A model generated the notes under the pieces. That model ran no database searches. It was not told the DNA's origin and saw nothing but the letters and a program-made list of their open reading frames with translations. The position numbers and the translations under genes are program-made. A stretch of DNA of 63,417 nt, filler included, from Desulfonatronovibrionaceae bacterium (GTDB lineage Bacteria; Desulfobacterota; Desulfovibrionia; Desulfovibrionales; Desulfonatronovibrionaceae), in NCBI GenBank assembly GCA_046539845.1. It is 3 parts of 3 records of this genome, joined end to end, with 100 filler letters (N's around TTAATTAATTAA, not from the genome) between each part and the next. Parts side by side here need not be neighbours in the genome. Positions count along the whole stretch, not along the records: positions 27,527 to 53,779 come from JBKHGE010000031.1; positions 53,880 to 63,417 come from JBKHGE010000062.1; 1 more part is not named here. The stretch is one strand, 5' to 3'. This document shows positions 49,427 to 58,841 of this stretch, in pieces (within the stretch, counting starts at the first letter, position 1; every line of letters begins with the position of its first letter).

Positions 49427-50610
49427 AATATCTGTACCTTGTCGCCGACGGCATGGGGGATTGGCCTCTGGATAAACTGGGAGGCCGCACTCCCCTGGAA
49501 GCGGCCCACACACCGGAGATGGACAAACTGGCCGCAACTTCCCTGGTCGGACAGTGCCAAACCATCCCCGAGGGGATGGAACCGGGCTCGGACATCGCCA
49601 ACATGGCCCTTATGGGCTACAATCCGGCCCGGTATCACACCGGCCGGGGGCCGATAGAGGCTGCCGCCCAGGGCCTGGAGACCGGGCCAAAAGACCTTAT
49701 CTGGCGCATGAACCTGGTTACCCTGGAAGGGGAAAACAGCCGGGATATCATGCGCGACTACAGCGGAGGGCATGTGGAGACCGAAGATGCCCGAAAACTC
49801 ATAGACAGTGTGGCGGATGCCGCTCCCCAGGACATGACCCCGATAACTGGAGTGCAGTACCGCCATCTGCTGGTGCATAAGGACGGGGCCCAAACACCTG
49901 CCTCCAAAGTCTCCATCCGCCCGCCACACGACATACTGGACAAGGATATTGCCCCGGATATTCAGGCCTATTCCGCTTACAGGCCGCTATCTGATTTCTG
50001 GAATAAAGCCAGAAAAATCCTATCCGGCCCGGAAAACCCCACCACAGCCAACGCAATCTGGCCCTGGGGTCAGGGTACCCCGCTTTCTCTCCCGGATTTT
50101 TCCCAAACCCGCGGTCTCAGCGGCGCGGTGATCTCCGCCGTGGACTTGGTCCGCGGTCTGGGCCGGGCAGCGGGTATACACGTCCCGGACGTGCCCGGAG
50201 TGACCGGCCTGGTGGACACCAACTATCAGGGCAAGGTGGATGCGGCCCTGGACTTTCTGCAGCAGGGGGATTTCGCGTTCGTGCACTTGGAGGGCCCGGA
50301 CGAATGCGGGCACATGGGCGATCCGGAGGAGAAGATAAGGGCGATTGAGAACTTTGATCAGCAAATCCTGGGCAGGCTTCTTGAGGCAGTGTCCGGACAG
50401 AATTTCACAGTCGTGGTCTGCTGCGACCACCTGACTCCGATAAAAATCCGCACCCACGCCCCGGATCCGGTGCCCTTCATGATCCACTTTTCTAAAAAAA
50501 GCCTGGCCGGCGTGGACGAATTCAGCGAAAAAACTGCCGCCTCCACCGGCGTATTCCTCGGACAGGGCACGGACATCCTGGAGACAGCTCTAAAGGGAGA
50601 CTCGATATGA
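49423..50610 (+). CDS. apgM: ApgM-like cofactor-independent phosphoglycerate mutase family protein (proposed homoserine kinase subtype)
   Basis: DGMGD, TPLE.A.TP..D, PGSD, GRGP.EA, ISAVDL..G, H.E.PDECGH, DH.TP...THA.DPVP. Confidence 0.88.
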   Translation: MKYLYLVADGMGDWPLDKLGGRTPLEAAHTPEMDKLAATSLVGQCQTIPEGMEPGSDIANMALMGYNPARYHTGRGPIEAAAQGLETGPKDLIWRMNLVTLEGENSRDIMRDYSGGHVETEDARKLIDSVADAAPQDMTPITGVQYRHLLVHKDGAQTPASKVSIRPPHDILDKDIAPDIQAYSAYRPLSDFWNKARKILSGPENPTTANAIWPWGQGTPLSLPDFSQTRGLSGAVISAVDLVRGLGRAAGIHVPDVPGVTGLVDTNYQGKVDAALDFLQQGDFAFVHLEGPDECGHMGDPEEKIRAIENFDQQILGRLLEAVSGQNFTVVVCCDHLTPIKIRTHAPDPVPFMIHFSKKSLAGVDEFSEKTAASTGVFLGQGTDILETALKGDSI

Positions 50611-51023
50611 CCGCTCCGGCCGCAGACTTTCCCGCTCCCTGCATATGGCAACCGCATCGGGTGTATTACGGCGAGACTGACTCCATGGGCGTGGTCTATT
50701 ACGCCAACTACCTGCACTGGTTCGAGATAGGCAGAAATACATATATCCGGGAGCGGGGGCTCACCTACCGCGAAATCGAGGACCGGGGGATATTTCTGCC
50801 TGTGACCCGGATGGAATGCAGGTACCTGGCCCCGGCCACCTTCGATCAGGAAATCTTTATCCGTGCGGGGATAAAAAAGTGGGGCCGGGCCTCACTGGTG
50901 TTCGCCTATGAAATCACGGACAAGGACAAACAAAAAGTACTGACCAAGGGATTTACCGAGCACGCCTGCGTTAATTCCAGCAGCCGGCCTACCCGGGCCC
51001 CGGACTGGCTGAAGGAGCTTTAA
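50607..51023 (+). CDS. YbgC/FadM-family acyl-CoA thioesterase
   Basis: RVYYGETDSMGVVYYANYLHWFE.GR. Confidence 0.92.
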   Translation: MTAPAADFPAPCIWQPHRVYYGETDSMGVVYYANYLHWFEIGRNTYIRERGLTYREIEDRGIFLPVTRMECRYLAPATFDQEIFIRAGIKKWGRASLVFAYEITDKDKQKVLTKGFTEHACVNSSSRPTRAPDWLKEL

Positions 51024-51025
51024 CC

Positions 51026-51826
51026 CTGGCCAAAATAAAAAAATCCCCGGAAAGGAAAAAGCTGCTTTGCTTTTTCACCGCCCTGATCCTCCTAACCCTT
51101 GGATGCTCGGCCGCGCATAAAGACACCGCCTTTCAGACCTCGACCATTGATGCGTTACTTGCCGGAGTCTACGACGGGGACATGTCCTGCCGCGAACTGC
51201 TGCGGCACGGAGACTTCGGCATCGGCACTTTTGACCACCTCGACGGGGAAATGGCCCTCATAAACGGGAATATCTACCAGATAAAAGCGGACGGAAAGGT
51301 GTACAAGCCGGACCCGACCCTTAAGACCCCGTTTGCCACGGTATGCAAGTTCGCCCCGGAGCATACGTTAACCATAAACCCGGGCGCGGATTATGATACG
51401 CTAAAAAAGCTTATCGATTCCGACTTTCCCAACCAAAACCTGTTTTATGCCCTAAAAGTGACAGGAAGATTCCGGAGCATAAAGACCAGAAGCGTGCCCG
51501 GACAGAAGAAGCCCTACCCGCCGCTTAAGGAAGTGACCAGAAACCAGCCGGAATTCAGTATGCAGGACATTTCCGGGACCATCGTCGGATTCAGGTGCCC
51601 GCCCTTTGTTCAGGGTATAAATGTCCCCGGATATCATTTGCACTTTATAAGCCGGAACAGGAAAGAAGGCGGGCATGTCTTGGAGTTTGAGATTGAAAGC
51701 GCGGAATGCGAAATAGATGTAATCAACCGCTACACCCTGGTCCTTCCGCAAAAGGAAAGCAAATTCTCCCGAACCGATCTCGGCCGGGACAGAAGCAAAG
51801 AGCTAAAGGAAGTGGAGGGCAGGTAA
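51026..51826 (+). CDS. budA: Alpha-acetolactate decarboxylase with lipoprotein signal, probable CTG start
   Basis: QTSTIDALLAGVYDG, HGDFGIGTF..LDGEM, GYHLHF...GGH. Homology extends upstream of ATG 51182; in-frame CTG at 51026 lies 8 nt after AAGGAG. Confidence 0.85.
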   Translation: MAKIKKSPERKKLLCFFTALILLTLGCSAAHKDTAFQTSTIDALLAGVYDGDMSCRELLRHGDFGIGTFDHLDGEMALINGNIYQIKADGKVYKPDPTLKTPFATVCKFAPEHTLTINPGADYDTLKKLIDSDFPNQNLFYALKVTGRFRSIKTRSVPGQKKPYPPLKEVTRNQPEFSMQDISGTIVGFRCPPFVQGINVPGYHLHFISRNRKEGGHVLEFEIESAECEIDVINRYTLVLPQKESKFSRTDLGRDRSKELKEVEGR

Positions 51827-51883
51827 GGGTTTAAAAAACATCAAACACCGGATCTTCTGAAGCCGCTTTCATGCAGTCCAAGA

Positions 51884-52837
51884 CTACTCGATTCGGGAAA
51901 GCTCAAGCATAAGCAAATCGCTTTCCGGTGCCGAACCGAAAGCAGCAGGCCGGCCCTTGTCGCTTGATTCATCGCGGATACATAGTTTGAGCTCATTGCC
52001 GCTACATTCATATATTCCTTTCACCGGCACTTGGTCGTCCAACTCGGAAAAGCTCAAATGGTGGGGAGTAACCGCATCGTTCACTGTAAAAAAACAGCCC
52101 TCATCATCACTTTCTTGCCAGGCGCTCTTGATCAGCAATTTGTTTCCCGAAAAAACAAATTTCATATTTTCAAGCCGACTTACCTCTTTTCCGTCCTTCT
52201 TTGCGGACTTTACAAGCCAGCGACCTTCCAGGCAGGGAGCGGTACCTATTTTTGAACACCATGACGGTGTTATCATTCTTCGTTTGAAGCAAAGCCGGTT
52301 CTTCCTGAACTCTCCTGTTTTCAGGTGCCGATCAACGATCTCCTTCAAGCGGGCCGGAGTCATATGCGGATGATTTACCGGAACCCCAAGGGACTCGGGA
52401 TGCAGCCAACAAAAACAAAATGAATCCCCCCCGATATCTTCAAATACTCCGAGGACATATTTACCGGCAATCTTTTCACTATATTCATTGTTTGTCTTTT
52501 CTTCGGCAGCAAAACTATCTACCCTGAATTGCCCAACTCTTTTACCACAAGCTTCAGTCAAATACCCGGTCGCGTTGAAATTAAATATTAGAGGAGACCC
52601 CACAAAACCAGAGGTCTGTTCGTATTCGATTTGGTATGTGTATTTATCCCGTTCCTCTATATGGACCCCGTAAGATCCCTTTGCGGACCCGTCCCTGTTT
52701 GTCCAATCTCCGACCAGACGCTTATCCACGAGAATATTCTTATGATTTGAGTACGGCACGGAAAACAGACAGGCCGAGAGTAACCCGGCGGCAAAAACCG
52801 CCACTACTAATCTAAAAAAAAACTTTATTTTCAGCAA
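51884..52837 (-). CDS. Lipoprotein with C-terminal TIGR03067-like domain
   Basis: TTG start after GGGAG, lipobox LSAC, C-terminal LEGRW.V....DG...KGIY...G.ELKLC......RP..F.S pattern. Confidence 0.7.
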   Translation of the reverse strand: MLKIKFFFRLVVAVFAAGLLSACLFSVPYSNHKNILVDKRLVGDWTNRDGSAKGSYGVHIEERDKYTYQIEYEQTSGFVGSPLIFNFNATGYLTEACGKRVGQFRVDSFAAEEKTNNEYSEKIAGKYVLGVFEDIGGDSFCFCWLHPESLGVPVNHPHMTPARLKEIVDRHLKTGEFRKNRLCFKRRMITPSWCSKIGTAPCLEGRWLVKSAKKDGKEVSRLENMKFVFSGNKLLIKSAWQESDDEGCFFTVNDAVTPHHLSFSELDDQVPVKGIYECSGNELKLCIRDESSDKGRPAAFGSAPESDLLMLELSRIE

Positions 52838-53169
52838 AGGCGGCTCCCGTTGGGGACTTCGGCATCCGGCACGGCCAGGACAATGGCCCCGTCCCCACGA
52901 TCGAATCCGGTTATCAGGCACTCGGACATAAACGGCCCGATCTGCCGGGGCGGAAAATTGACCACGCCGAGGACCTGCCTGCCCACAAGACTCTCAACAT
53001 CATACACATCAGTTATCTGGGCGCTGGAATTCTTTATTCCAATTTCCTGCCCGAAATCCACCTTGAGCCTGTACGCGGGCTTTCTGGCTTCAGGAAACTC
53101 CCTTGCCTCGACAATAGTCCCCACCCGCAGGTCAACTTTTTCAAAATCCACCCATTGTATTTGTTCCAT
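52831..53169 (-). CDS. csaA: CsaA-family tRNA-binding/export chaperone
   Basis: [37 protein letters not shown]. Confidence 0.95.
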   Translation of the reverse strand: MEQIQWVDFEKVDLRVGTIVEAREFPEARKPAYRLKVDFGQEIGIKNSSAQITDVYDVESLVGRQVLGVVNFPPRQIGPFMSECLITGFDRGDGAIVLAVPDAEVPNGSRLC

Positions 53170-53310
53170 GCAATACTCCTGATATGTTACTCAAATGATA
53201 CTTCATACTGTTTCTTTCAGGTTACTGGATTTCATCTTTCCTTGTAAACCCGCATACATTGGGATAATCATAAATACATACACGCATTTGGCAGACAGAA
53301 AGGAGAAATA

Positions 53311-53779
53311 ATGGCCATCCCCGACTTTCAAACTATTATGCTCCCCTTGCTTGAATATATAGCCGACGGCAATGAACATTCCAATCACGAACTCACCGCG
53401 GCTTTGGCTGAGCATTTCCAGCTGTCCGAAGAAGAGCGCAACCAATTTTTACCAAGCGGCCGACAAAAATTGTTTACCAACCGCGTGGCCTGGGCAAAGG
53501 CGGACTTAAAAATGGCCGGCCTTATCCACAGCCCCAAGCGTGGTATTTCGGTCATAACGGAGCGGGGTTTTGAGGTGCTTAAAAAACCTCCGAATAAAAT
53601 CGACCGAAAATTTTTGAAAAAATTTCCGGAATACTCTCAAAAAATCGGCTCTCCGCACAAAAAAGGCAACACAATCTCACAACAGACGCCACAGGAAATA
53701 TTGGAAAATGCCTACCAAGTGCTCAGACGAGAGCTTTCTTCTGAACTTTTAATCCAGATTAAAAACAGCACACCAGCCT
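53311..53779 (+). CDS. mrr: Mrr-family type IV restriction endonuclease, N-terminal part (cut by the gap)
   Basis: MAIPDFQTIMLPLL...LSEEER...LPSG.Q..F.NRVAWA...LK.AGL; AAGGAG RBS. Confidence 0.9.
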
Positions 53780-53879
53780 NNNNNNNNNNNNNNNNNNNNN
53801 NNNNNNNNNNNNNNNNNNNNNNNTTAATTAATTAANNNNNNNNNNNNNNNNNNNNNNNNNNNNNNNNNNNNNNNNNNNN
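53780..53879. other. Assembly gap with artificial linker
   Basis: N-runs flanking TTAATTAATTAA (53824-53835). Confidence 0.99.
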
Positions 53880-53909
53880 CCTTTGGCGGATGACCGCCTT
53901 TGGCGGATG
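53880..53909. repeat. Tandem short palindromes CCGCC-TTT-GGCGGATG at the contig edge
   Basis: Full copy at 53894-53909; truncated copy at 53880-53892; 17-bp period. Confidence 0.7.
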
Positions 53910-53971
53910 TTAATCTCGTCATTCCTGTCCCTGACGCCGACCATTTGGCGCGTTGCGGCCAAAGCTATTTT

Positions 53972-54226
53972 TCAATAGTGGTATTTGAGTTGCGCAATTT
54001 CAAGGGCATCTTCAGTGACTTTATAGATCAATCTGTGCTCATCGCTTATTCGTCTCGACCAGTAACTGGAAAGGGCGTGTTTTAAAGACTCGGGTTTGCC
54101 CATACCCTCAAATGGATTTCGTTTTGTATCTTTTATGAGGGTGTTGATGCGACGTAATATTTTTTTGTCATTTTTCTGCCAGAAGATATAATCCTCCCAT
54201 GCATTGTCTGAAAAGACGAGCTTCAC
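53972..54226 (-). CDS. yoeB: Txe/YoeB toxin
   Basis: AWEDY..WQ..DKK...RIN.LI....R.PF.G.GKPE.LK....WSRRI..EHRL.Y...HY. Confidence 0.96.
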   Translation of the reverse strand: MKLVFSDNAWEDYIFWQKNDKKILRRINTLIKDTKRNPFEGMGKPESLKHALSSYWSRRISDEHRLIYKVTEDALEIAQLKYHY

Positions 54227-54474
54227 TCCATAAGCTCCTTTTCCTGCCCTTTGCCGTCTTCGAGCTGGGCTATTGACTCCAATAAACGTTTTGCGTTCTT
54301 CGGTGATCGCAATAAATAGGCTGTCTCTTCAAGGGCTTCATAGTCTTCAAGGGACATGATAACTACGGAATTTGAAGATTTGCGGGTCACAATAATTGGA
54401 GAACGGTCACTGCAGACTTTTTCCATTGTTTTTGCAAGGTTTTGTCTTGCGGCTGAATAGGTGATTGCTTTCAT
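54223..54474 (-). CDS. yefM: YefM/Phd antitoxin
   Basis: ITYSAARQNLA...V.MSLEDY..LEETAYLLRSP.NA.RL..SI. Confidence 0.96.
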   Translation of the reverse strand: MKAITYSAARQNLAKTMEKVCSDRSPIIVTRKSSNSVVIMSLEDYEALEETAYLLRSPKNAKRLLESIAQLEDGKGQEKELME

Positions 54475-54486
54475 ATTCTTACCTCC

Positions 54487-54524
54487 TGTACAATTTATTG
54501 TACGAATGTGATTTGATTTGTCAA
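54487..54524 (-). promoter_or_regulatory. yefM-yoeB promoter with autoregulatory operator
   Basis: TTGACA-N16-TACAAT on the minus strand; TGTACA (54487) and TGTACG (54499) boxes 12 bp apart overlap the -10, as in known yefM-yoeB operators. Confidence 0.8.
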
Positions 54525-54763
54525 GATAGGTAAAGGTCCCCAGCAGGGGTCTTGCCCATAGAGCGGGCTTGCGGCGCGGTTTTTTGAGCTATTTTTCTAT
54601 CGGCGGGAAGATCGTAACGCAACCTATCACAGGGTTAATTGATCAAGCCGACGTCCGGTTTCCCGGTGCAAGCGGGTTTGGCTGTCGCCGAGAATGAACG
54701 GGGCCGGGTGCCGGACGATCCCATCCCGTGAGTGCTTACATCGTAACTTATTCACTTAAGCTT

Positions 54764-55939
54764 TTATTTTGATGCAAGCAGCCTTTTCTGAACCAGTTTG
54801 GACAGGGCAAAAGTAAGGGAAAAAATAAGCACGAAAAAAATCGGGCCGAGGACAAGGGAACCCAGCAGCCATTCCCACAGGCGGTAAAGCCCTTCTTTGC
54901 CCAGGGTCTGCAGGGAGACCTCGGTCAAAAATTCTCCGTGGCGCAGAAAATATCCGGTTTCTATGCACAGGGCGGGGACCAACGGGGGCATGCACAATTG
55001 ATTGGTGGCCAGGGCGGTTATCTTGTTCAGGCGGAAGAATCCGGTAACGAGCATGACGCTTATGTAGTGCAGCCCGAATATGGGCAACGCGCCGATAAAC
55101 ACGCCCAGTCCCCCGGAGAGGGATAATTTGAGCGGGGTGTTCTCCTTTTCTAAAAGCAGGTGCAGGGATTTAAGCGGGTGCAGGGGGGTGATGTTCTGTT
55201 CGCTGTCCGCGGCGTACTGGCGATGTGGGATGGGGAGCATGGCCCGGGTGGTCAGCCTGGTGTTTAAAAATGATATGCGCAGGTTGTCCCGGAATTTGTC
55301 AAAATGCGAGATCCGCTTCTCCGGGCTGGGGTAGTGTACCTCCACCGGGACCTCGCGTACGTTAAACCCGGCCCAAAGGGCCCGGACCAAAATCTCCACC
55401 TCAAATGCGTAGCCCTTTTCCCTGGTCTTGAGCGTAGTCAAAAGGATCACCGGGTAGATCCTGAAGCCACTCTGCACGTCGCTTACCCTGGCCCCGGTCT
55501 GTACCCGCAGCCAGAAGTTGGAGAAAGAGCGGCCGAACCTGGAAGCGCCGGGCACGTTTTTTTCCGGGAATTTCCTGGCCCCGATCACAACGGCCAGGGG
55601 GTCCTTTTCCATCTCCGCAATCAGTTTGACCGTTTCCTGCGGCGGGTGCTGCCCGTCCGCATCAATGGTCAGGATATGGGTCTTGCCCCTGCTGCGGGCG
55701 AAGTCCGCCCCGGTCAATATGGCCCGGCCCTTGCCCATATTCCGGCTGTGGCGGATGATCTCCAGGTCCAGCCCCTGGAGCAAGGGACCTGTCTCCGAGG
55801 TACTCCCGTCATCCACGACCAGGACTTCCAGCCCAGCGTCCAGGAGGGCTTCGGCAATGAAGCGTACGGTTTCCGGGTGATTATAGACCGGAATGACCGC
55901 CAGGAGTTTGTCTTTTAGAAGCGGATCAATCTGTCCCAT
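54764..55939 (-). CDS. GT2 glycosyltransferase fused to DUF2062-like membrane domain
   Basis: VIPVYN, VVDDGS, NMGKG.A, TIDADGQH, D.QSGFR.YP, SHF...RDN; hydrophobic tail G.FIG..P..G. Confidence 0.88.
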   Translation of the reverse strand: MGQIDPLLKDKLLAVIPVYNHPETVRFIAEALLDAGLEVLVVDDGSTSETGPLLQGLDLEIIRHSRNMGKGRAILTGADFARSRGKTHILTIDADGQHPPQETVKLIAEMEKDPLAVVIGARKFPEKNVPGASRFGRSFSNFWLRVQTGARVSDVQSGFRIYPVILLTTLKTREKGYAFEVEILVRALWAGFNVREVPVEVHYPSPEKRISHFDKFRDNLRISFLNTRLTTRAMLPIPHRQYAADSEQNITPLHPLKSLHLLLEKENTPLKLSLSGGLGVFIGALPIFGLHYISVMLVTGFFRLNKITALATNQLCMPPLVPALCIETGYFLRHGEFLTEVSLQTLGKEGLYRLWEWLLGSLVLGPIFFVLIFSLTFALSKLVQKRLLASK

Positions 55940-57261
55940 AAAACGCCCTTGTATCCGAAACCGCGCATGACCTTTATCCTGTCCGCGCTCTGCGCAGGGG
56001 GGAAGATGCGGTCGCCCCTGCCGGCAAATCCTTTTTCCAACTCCCGGTTCATCGCTTGAGGATCTATTCCGGGAGAAAAGTAGAATATGGGCCTGAGAAG
56101 CGGGGTTTCAGGGTCGAGCAGCCCTTCGTGTACGGCCCGGTCGTGCAAAGGGGTGTGTTTCAGGATGCGGATCCCGGAAAAGGGAAAGACCACGCATTTG
56201 TCCAGTCGGTTCAGATTGTCTATCCCCTCTCTTACGGTGTCCATGTCCTCTCCCGGCCCTCCGAAGATCACGAAATGGGCGCAGGGCAGCTTCAGCCGGG
56301 TGCATTTTTCCTGAAAGGAGAACACCGTGTCCATGCCAAAGGATTTGTTCAACCCTTGCAGGGTTTGGTCTGTGGAGGCGTCCGTACCCAGCTCTATGCA
56401 TTTCAGTCCCGCCCGCTGCAAGAGTTTGAGCTCTTCAATCCCGGTTTCAGCCGGATGGAAAAACGCCGACCAGCTGACCTCTATGCCCTGGCGCAGGATT
56501 TCCTCGGCCAGCTCTAAATGGTGTCCGCCGGGATCGTTGAACACTGAATCCACGAAAAAGAAAAGCTCCGGCCGGAAGCGGGCCTGCATCTCGGCCATCT
56601 CCCCGGCCACTTCCTTAACTCCCCTTTTCCTGGGCCCGCCCGGCTCCAGGGCCGGGTACGGGCAATAGGCGCAGCAAAAATTACAGCCCCGTTTGCTCTG
56701 GAGATTCAAAATCCCGCTGGTTTGGAGATAGTGCCCGGCCAAGTGCTCGTCTATGTCCGCACCGTTGATTTCCGGTCCGGGGATGCGTCCGAACAGCTCA
56801 AAAGAGCTTATCAGCCTGGGGCAATGCTCCCCGCGCGAGAGTTTGGACACCAGCCAAGGAAGACTCTTCTCTCCCTCTCCGATTACCCCGTGGTCCGCCC
56901 CGGTGTACTCCAGAATCTCTTCGGCCAAAAGGGAAAAGCCCGGTCCGCCGATAATCACCGGGCATCCGTTCTCCTGGGCCTCGGCGGTCAGGTCCCGGGC
57001 CTTTTGTACATACCAGTTGTCCGTGCAGGAATAAGAGTCCACATTATCTATATTGCGCAGGGAGACGGCGATAAATTCCGGTTCCCAGTCCCGGATCACC
57101 TCGCGCAGGCTGCTGCCGCCACTGTTTTGGGCCAGGGGATCGAAAATGTATGCCGCGTGCCCGTTGCGGGCCAGGGCCCGCTGCAAAACCCCCAGCCCCA
57201 GGGGAAAAACCGCATAGGGTTCGGAGCAGGTGTTGGCGGAGACAAGGAGTACCCGGGCCAT
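55915..57261 (-). CDS. B12-binding radical SAM protein (lipid biosynthesis type)
   Basis: PY.VFPLG, SLRNIDN, GGPGFS, GEGE, KRGCNFCCAYC; ATG at 57261. Confidence 0.88.
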   Translation of the reverse strand: MARVLLVSANTCSEPYAVFPLGLGVLQRALARNGHAAYIFDPLAQNSGGSSLREVIRDWEPEFIAVSLRNIDNVDSYSCTDNWYVQKARDLTAEAQENGCPVIIGGPGFSLLAEEILEYTGADHGVIGEGEKSLPWLVSKLSRGEHCPRLISSFELFGRIPGPEINGADIDEHLAGHYLQTSGILNLQSKRGCNFCCAYCPYPALEPGGPRKRGVKEVAGEMAEMQARFRPELFFFVDSVFNDPGGHHLELAEEILRQGIEVSWSAFFHPAETGIEELKLLQRAGLKCIELGTDASTDQTLQGLNKSFGMDTVFSFQEKCTRLKLPCAHFVIFGGPGEDMDTVREGIDNLNRLDKCVVFPFSGIRILKHTPLHDRAVHEGLLDPETPLLRPIFYFSPGIDPQAMNRELEKGFAGRGDRIFPPAQSADRIKVMRGFGYKGVLWDRLIRF

Positions 57262-57262
57262 A

Positions 57263-57721
57263 TTAGAGCTCGCCTTTCTTCCATCTGGAAAGGAAGCTGG
57301 AGTAGAATTCAGGCGGGCTGAGCATGTATTCCCCGTTTTTATCCACGAACATCTGTACGGAATAGCCGGCGGCCACGAGGTGGCCGTCCTGGTTGTCAAT
57401 GGCGAACTCGTGGTTTATCCGGGCCGCCTCGGACCAGACCATGCCGGAGCGGATTTCGAACTCTTCCTGAAAGCGCAGAGGAAGGAAGTATTCCACATGC
57501 ATTTTTTTTATCGGGGCCAGGACGTTGTGGCGGTGGAAGTCTTTGTAGCCCACCCCGTACTTGTCCCCTACCGCCACCCGGGCGTCCTCGAAAAATCCGG
57601 GATAGCGGCCGTGCCAGACAATGCCTATGCAGTCCACCTCCTCGAAGCGGACCACCCGGGATACCCGGGCGGTGAGAGGAGGCGGGTCACCCTGCTTTTG
57701 CTTGAAAAAACGGAGCTTCAT
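57263..57721 (-). CDS. Acyl-CoA/ACP thioesterase (4HBT family)
   Basis: VRFEEVD..GIVWHG.Y..FFE.AR. Confidence 0.88.
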   Translation of the reverse strand: MKLRFFKQKQGDPPPLTARVSRVVRFEEVDCIGIVWHGRYPGFFEDARVAVGDKYGVGYKDFHRHNVLAPIKKMHVEYFLPLRFQEEFEIRSGMVWSEAARINHEFAIDNQDGHLVAAGYSVQMFVDKNGEYMLSPPEFYSSFLSRWKKGEL

Positions 57722-58101
57722 CCGGATATCCTTTGCAGATCCATTCCAAAGCTGGAGGCGGGTCCTTCCGGGCCGCTTATTTGGCAGCTCACCGTGACAA
57801 TATCGGCCTCTTCTTTTTTCACGCCCACCACTGCGGCAATATCCATTCCCGGACCGAGCACTGCGGAGAATTTGGCCCTATGCACCCGCATGGGCTCAAA
57901 TCCTTCGCCCCGGATTTGGCCGAGCACGTCCGTGGCGATCGCGAACTGGACCACGGCCGGCAGAACCGGCCGGTCCGGGAAGTGTCCGGCAAAGCCGATA
58001 AAATCCGGGGTAAATCTAAATACGCCGCGCCAGCCCTCTTCTTGCCGAGTGGCCGGGGACAAAACGCTTTTTTTGATCTGTTCGCTTATTTTGCTGGGCA
58101 T
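57718..58101 (-). CDS. FabZ-like (ApeI-type) dehydratase
   Basis: F.GFAGHFPDRPVLPAVVQ...AKF...L.PG. Confidence 0.82.
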   Translation of the reverse strand: MPSKISEQIKKSVLSPATRQEEGWRGVFRFTPDFIGFAGHFPDRPVLPAVVQFAIATDVLGQIRGEGFEPMRVHRAKFSAVLGPGMDIAAVVGVKKEEADIVTVSCQISGPEGPASSFGMDLQRISG

Positions 58102-58841
58102 AAGCGCTTTACTTCCTTTAATTTGAGACTGACCCGGAAGTCGTCTGCAGTGTATTCCACATGCTCCGGGATGTCTTCTCCGGCATAGGCCACATACTGC
58201 TTGAATGCAACGCTCCATTCCGGGGAAGGTCCGGGCGGGGCCTTTTGCAAAAGGAGCCCTTCGGGGCTGAAGGTATATTCCACTGCTGTCTGGTCTGTCC
58301 TTAGGCAGCCCACAGTCCGATTTCCCTGTCTGTAGCAGTCCGGGTCTTTGTTCGGGGCAAAAAAGGAGCGCCTGATGCTTCTGCCGGCCTTGGAGGCAAA
58401 CCCCGGGACCGACTTCAGCCCGGATTGGATGTAATCGGCCTCGGTTTGGTCCTCAGACACGGTCAGGGTGAACAACTCGGCCCCGAACATAGTCCAGACG
58501 CTTATACGGGCCTTTTTCTCCTTCAAATCCAGGCGCATGATGCCCTCCACCGGGATCTTTTCTCCGGGGAAAGCCAGGGTCCCGGCATGGCGCAAGGTAT
58601 AGCCGGCCCCGGACTCGTTCCATTGTTCGGGACAGCAGACTGTTTGGCTGTCTTCCGGTTCCGGGCAGACTGGCCCGGATGCGGCGCATGCACAGGTAAG
58701 AAACAGGCATGCGGCCAAAACCAGCTTCGGTTTGCCCTGAAGAAGAGCGCTTAGCACAGCCGGGATGCGGTCGGCTGCTGCGGTCAAAAGGGTCCCCAAA
58801 GAAGGTTTTTTTTCTGAGCCGGGGGTGTTGCAGTGGGTCAC
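58086..58841 (-). CDS. Putative lipoprotein (DUF3261-like position and pattern)
   Basis: Hydrophobic segment ending LTCAC, FG..LF.L pattern; GTG start overlapping the MMPL stop is tentative. Confidence 0.55.
   Translation of the reverse strand: MTHCNTPGSEKKPSLGTLLTAAADRIPAVLSALLQGKPKLVLAACLFLTCACAASGPVCPEPEDSQTVCCPEQWNESGAGYTLRHAGTLAFPGEKIPVEGIMRLDLKEKKARISVWTMFGAELFTLTVSEDQTEADYIQSGLKSVPGFASKAGRSIRRSFFAPNKDPDCYRQGNRTVGCLRTDQTAVEYTFSPEGLLLQKAPPGPSPEWSVAFKQYVAYAGEDIPEHVEYTADDFRVSLKLKEVKRLCPAK

Noticed and set aside
53311..54474. mrr plus yefM-yoeB as one defence island
   Set aside because: Separated by an artificial gap, so adjacency is unsupported; the mrr truncation is not evidence of a pseudogene.
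53910..54760. Integron cassette (attC) around yefM-yoeB
   Set aside because: No convincing RYYYAAC...GTTRRRY pair with a long stem and no integrase seen.
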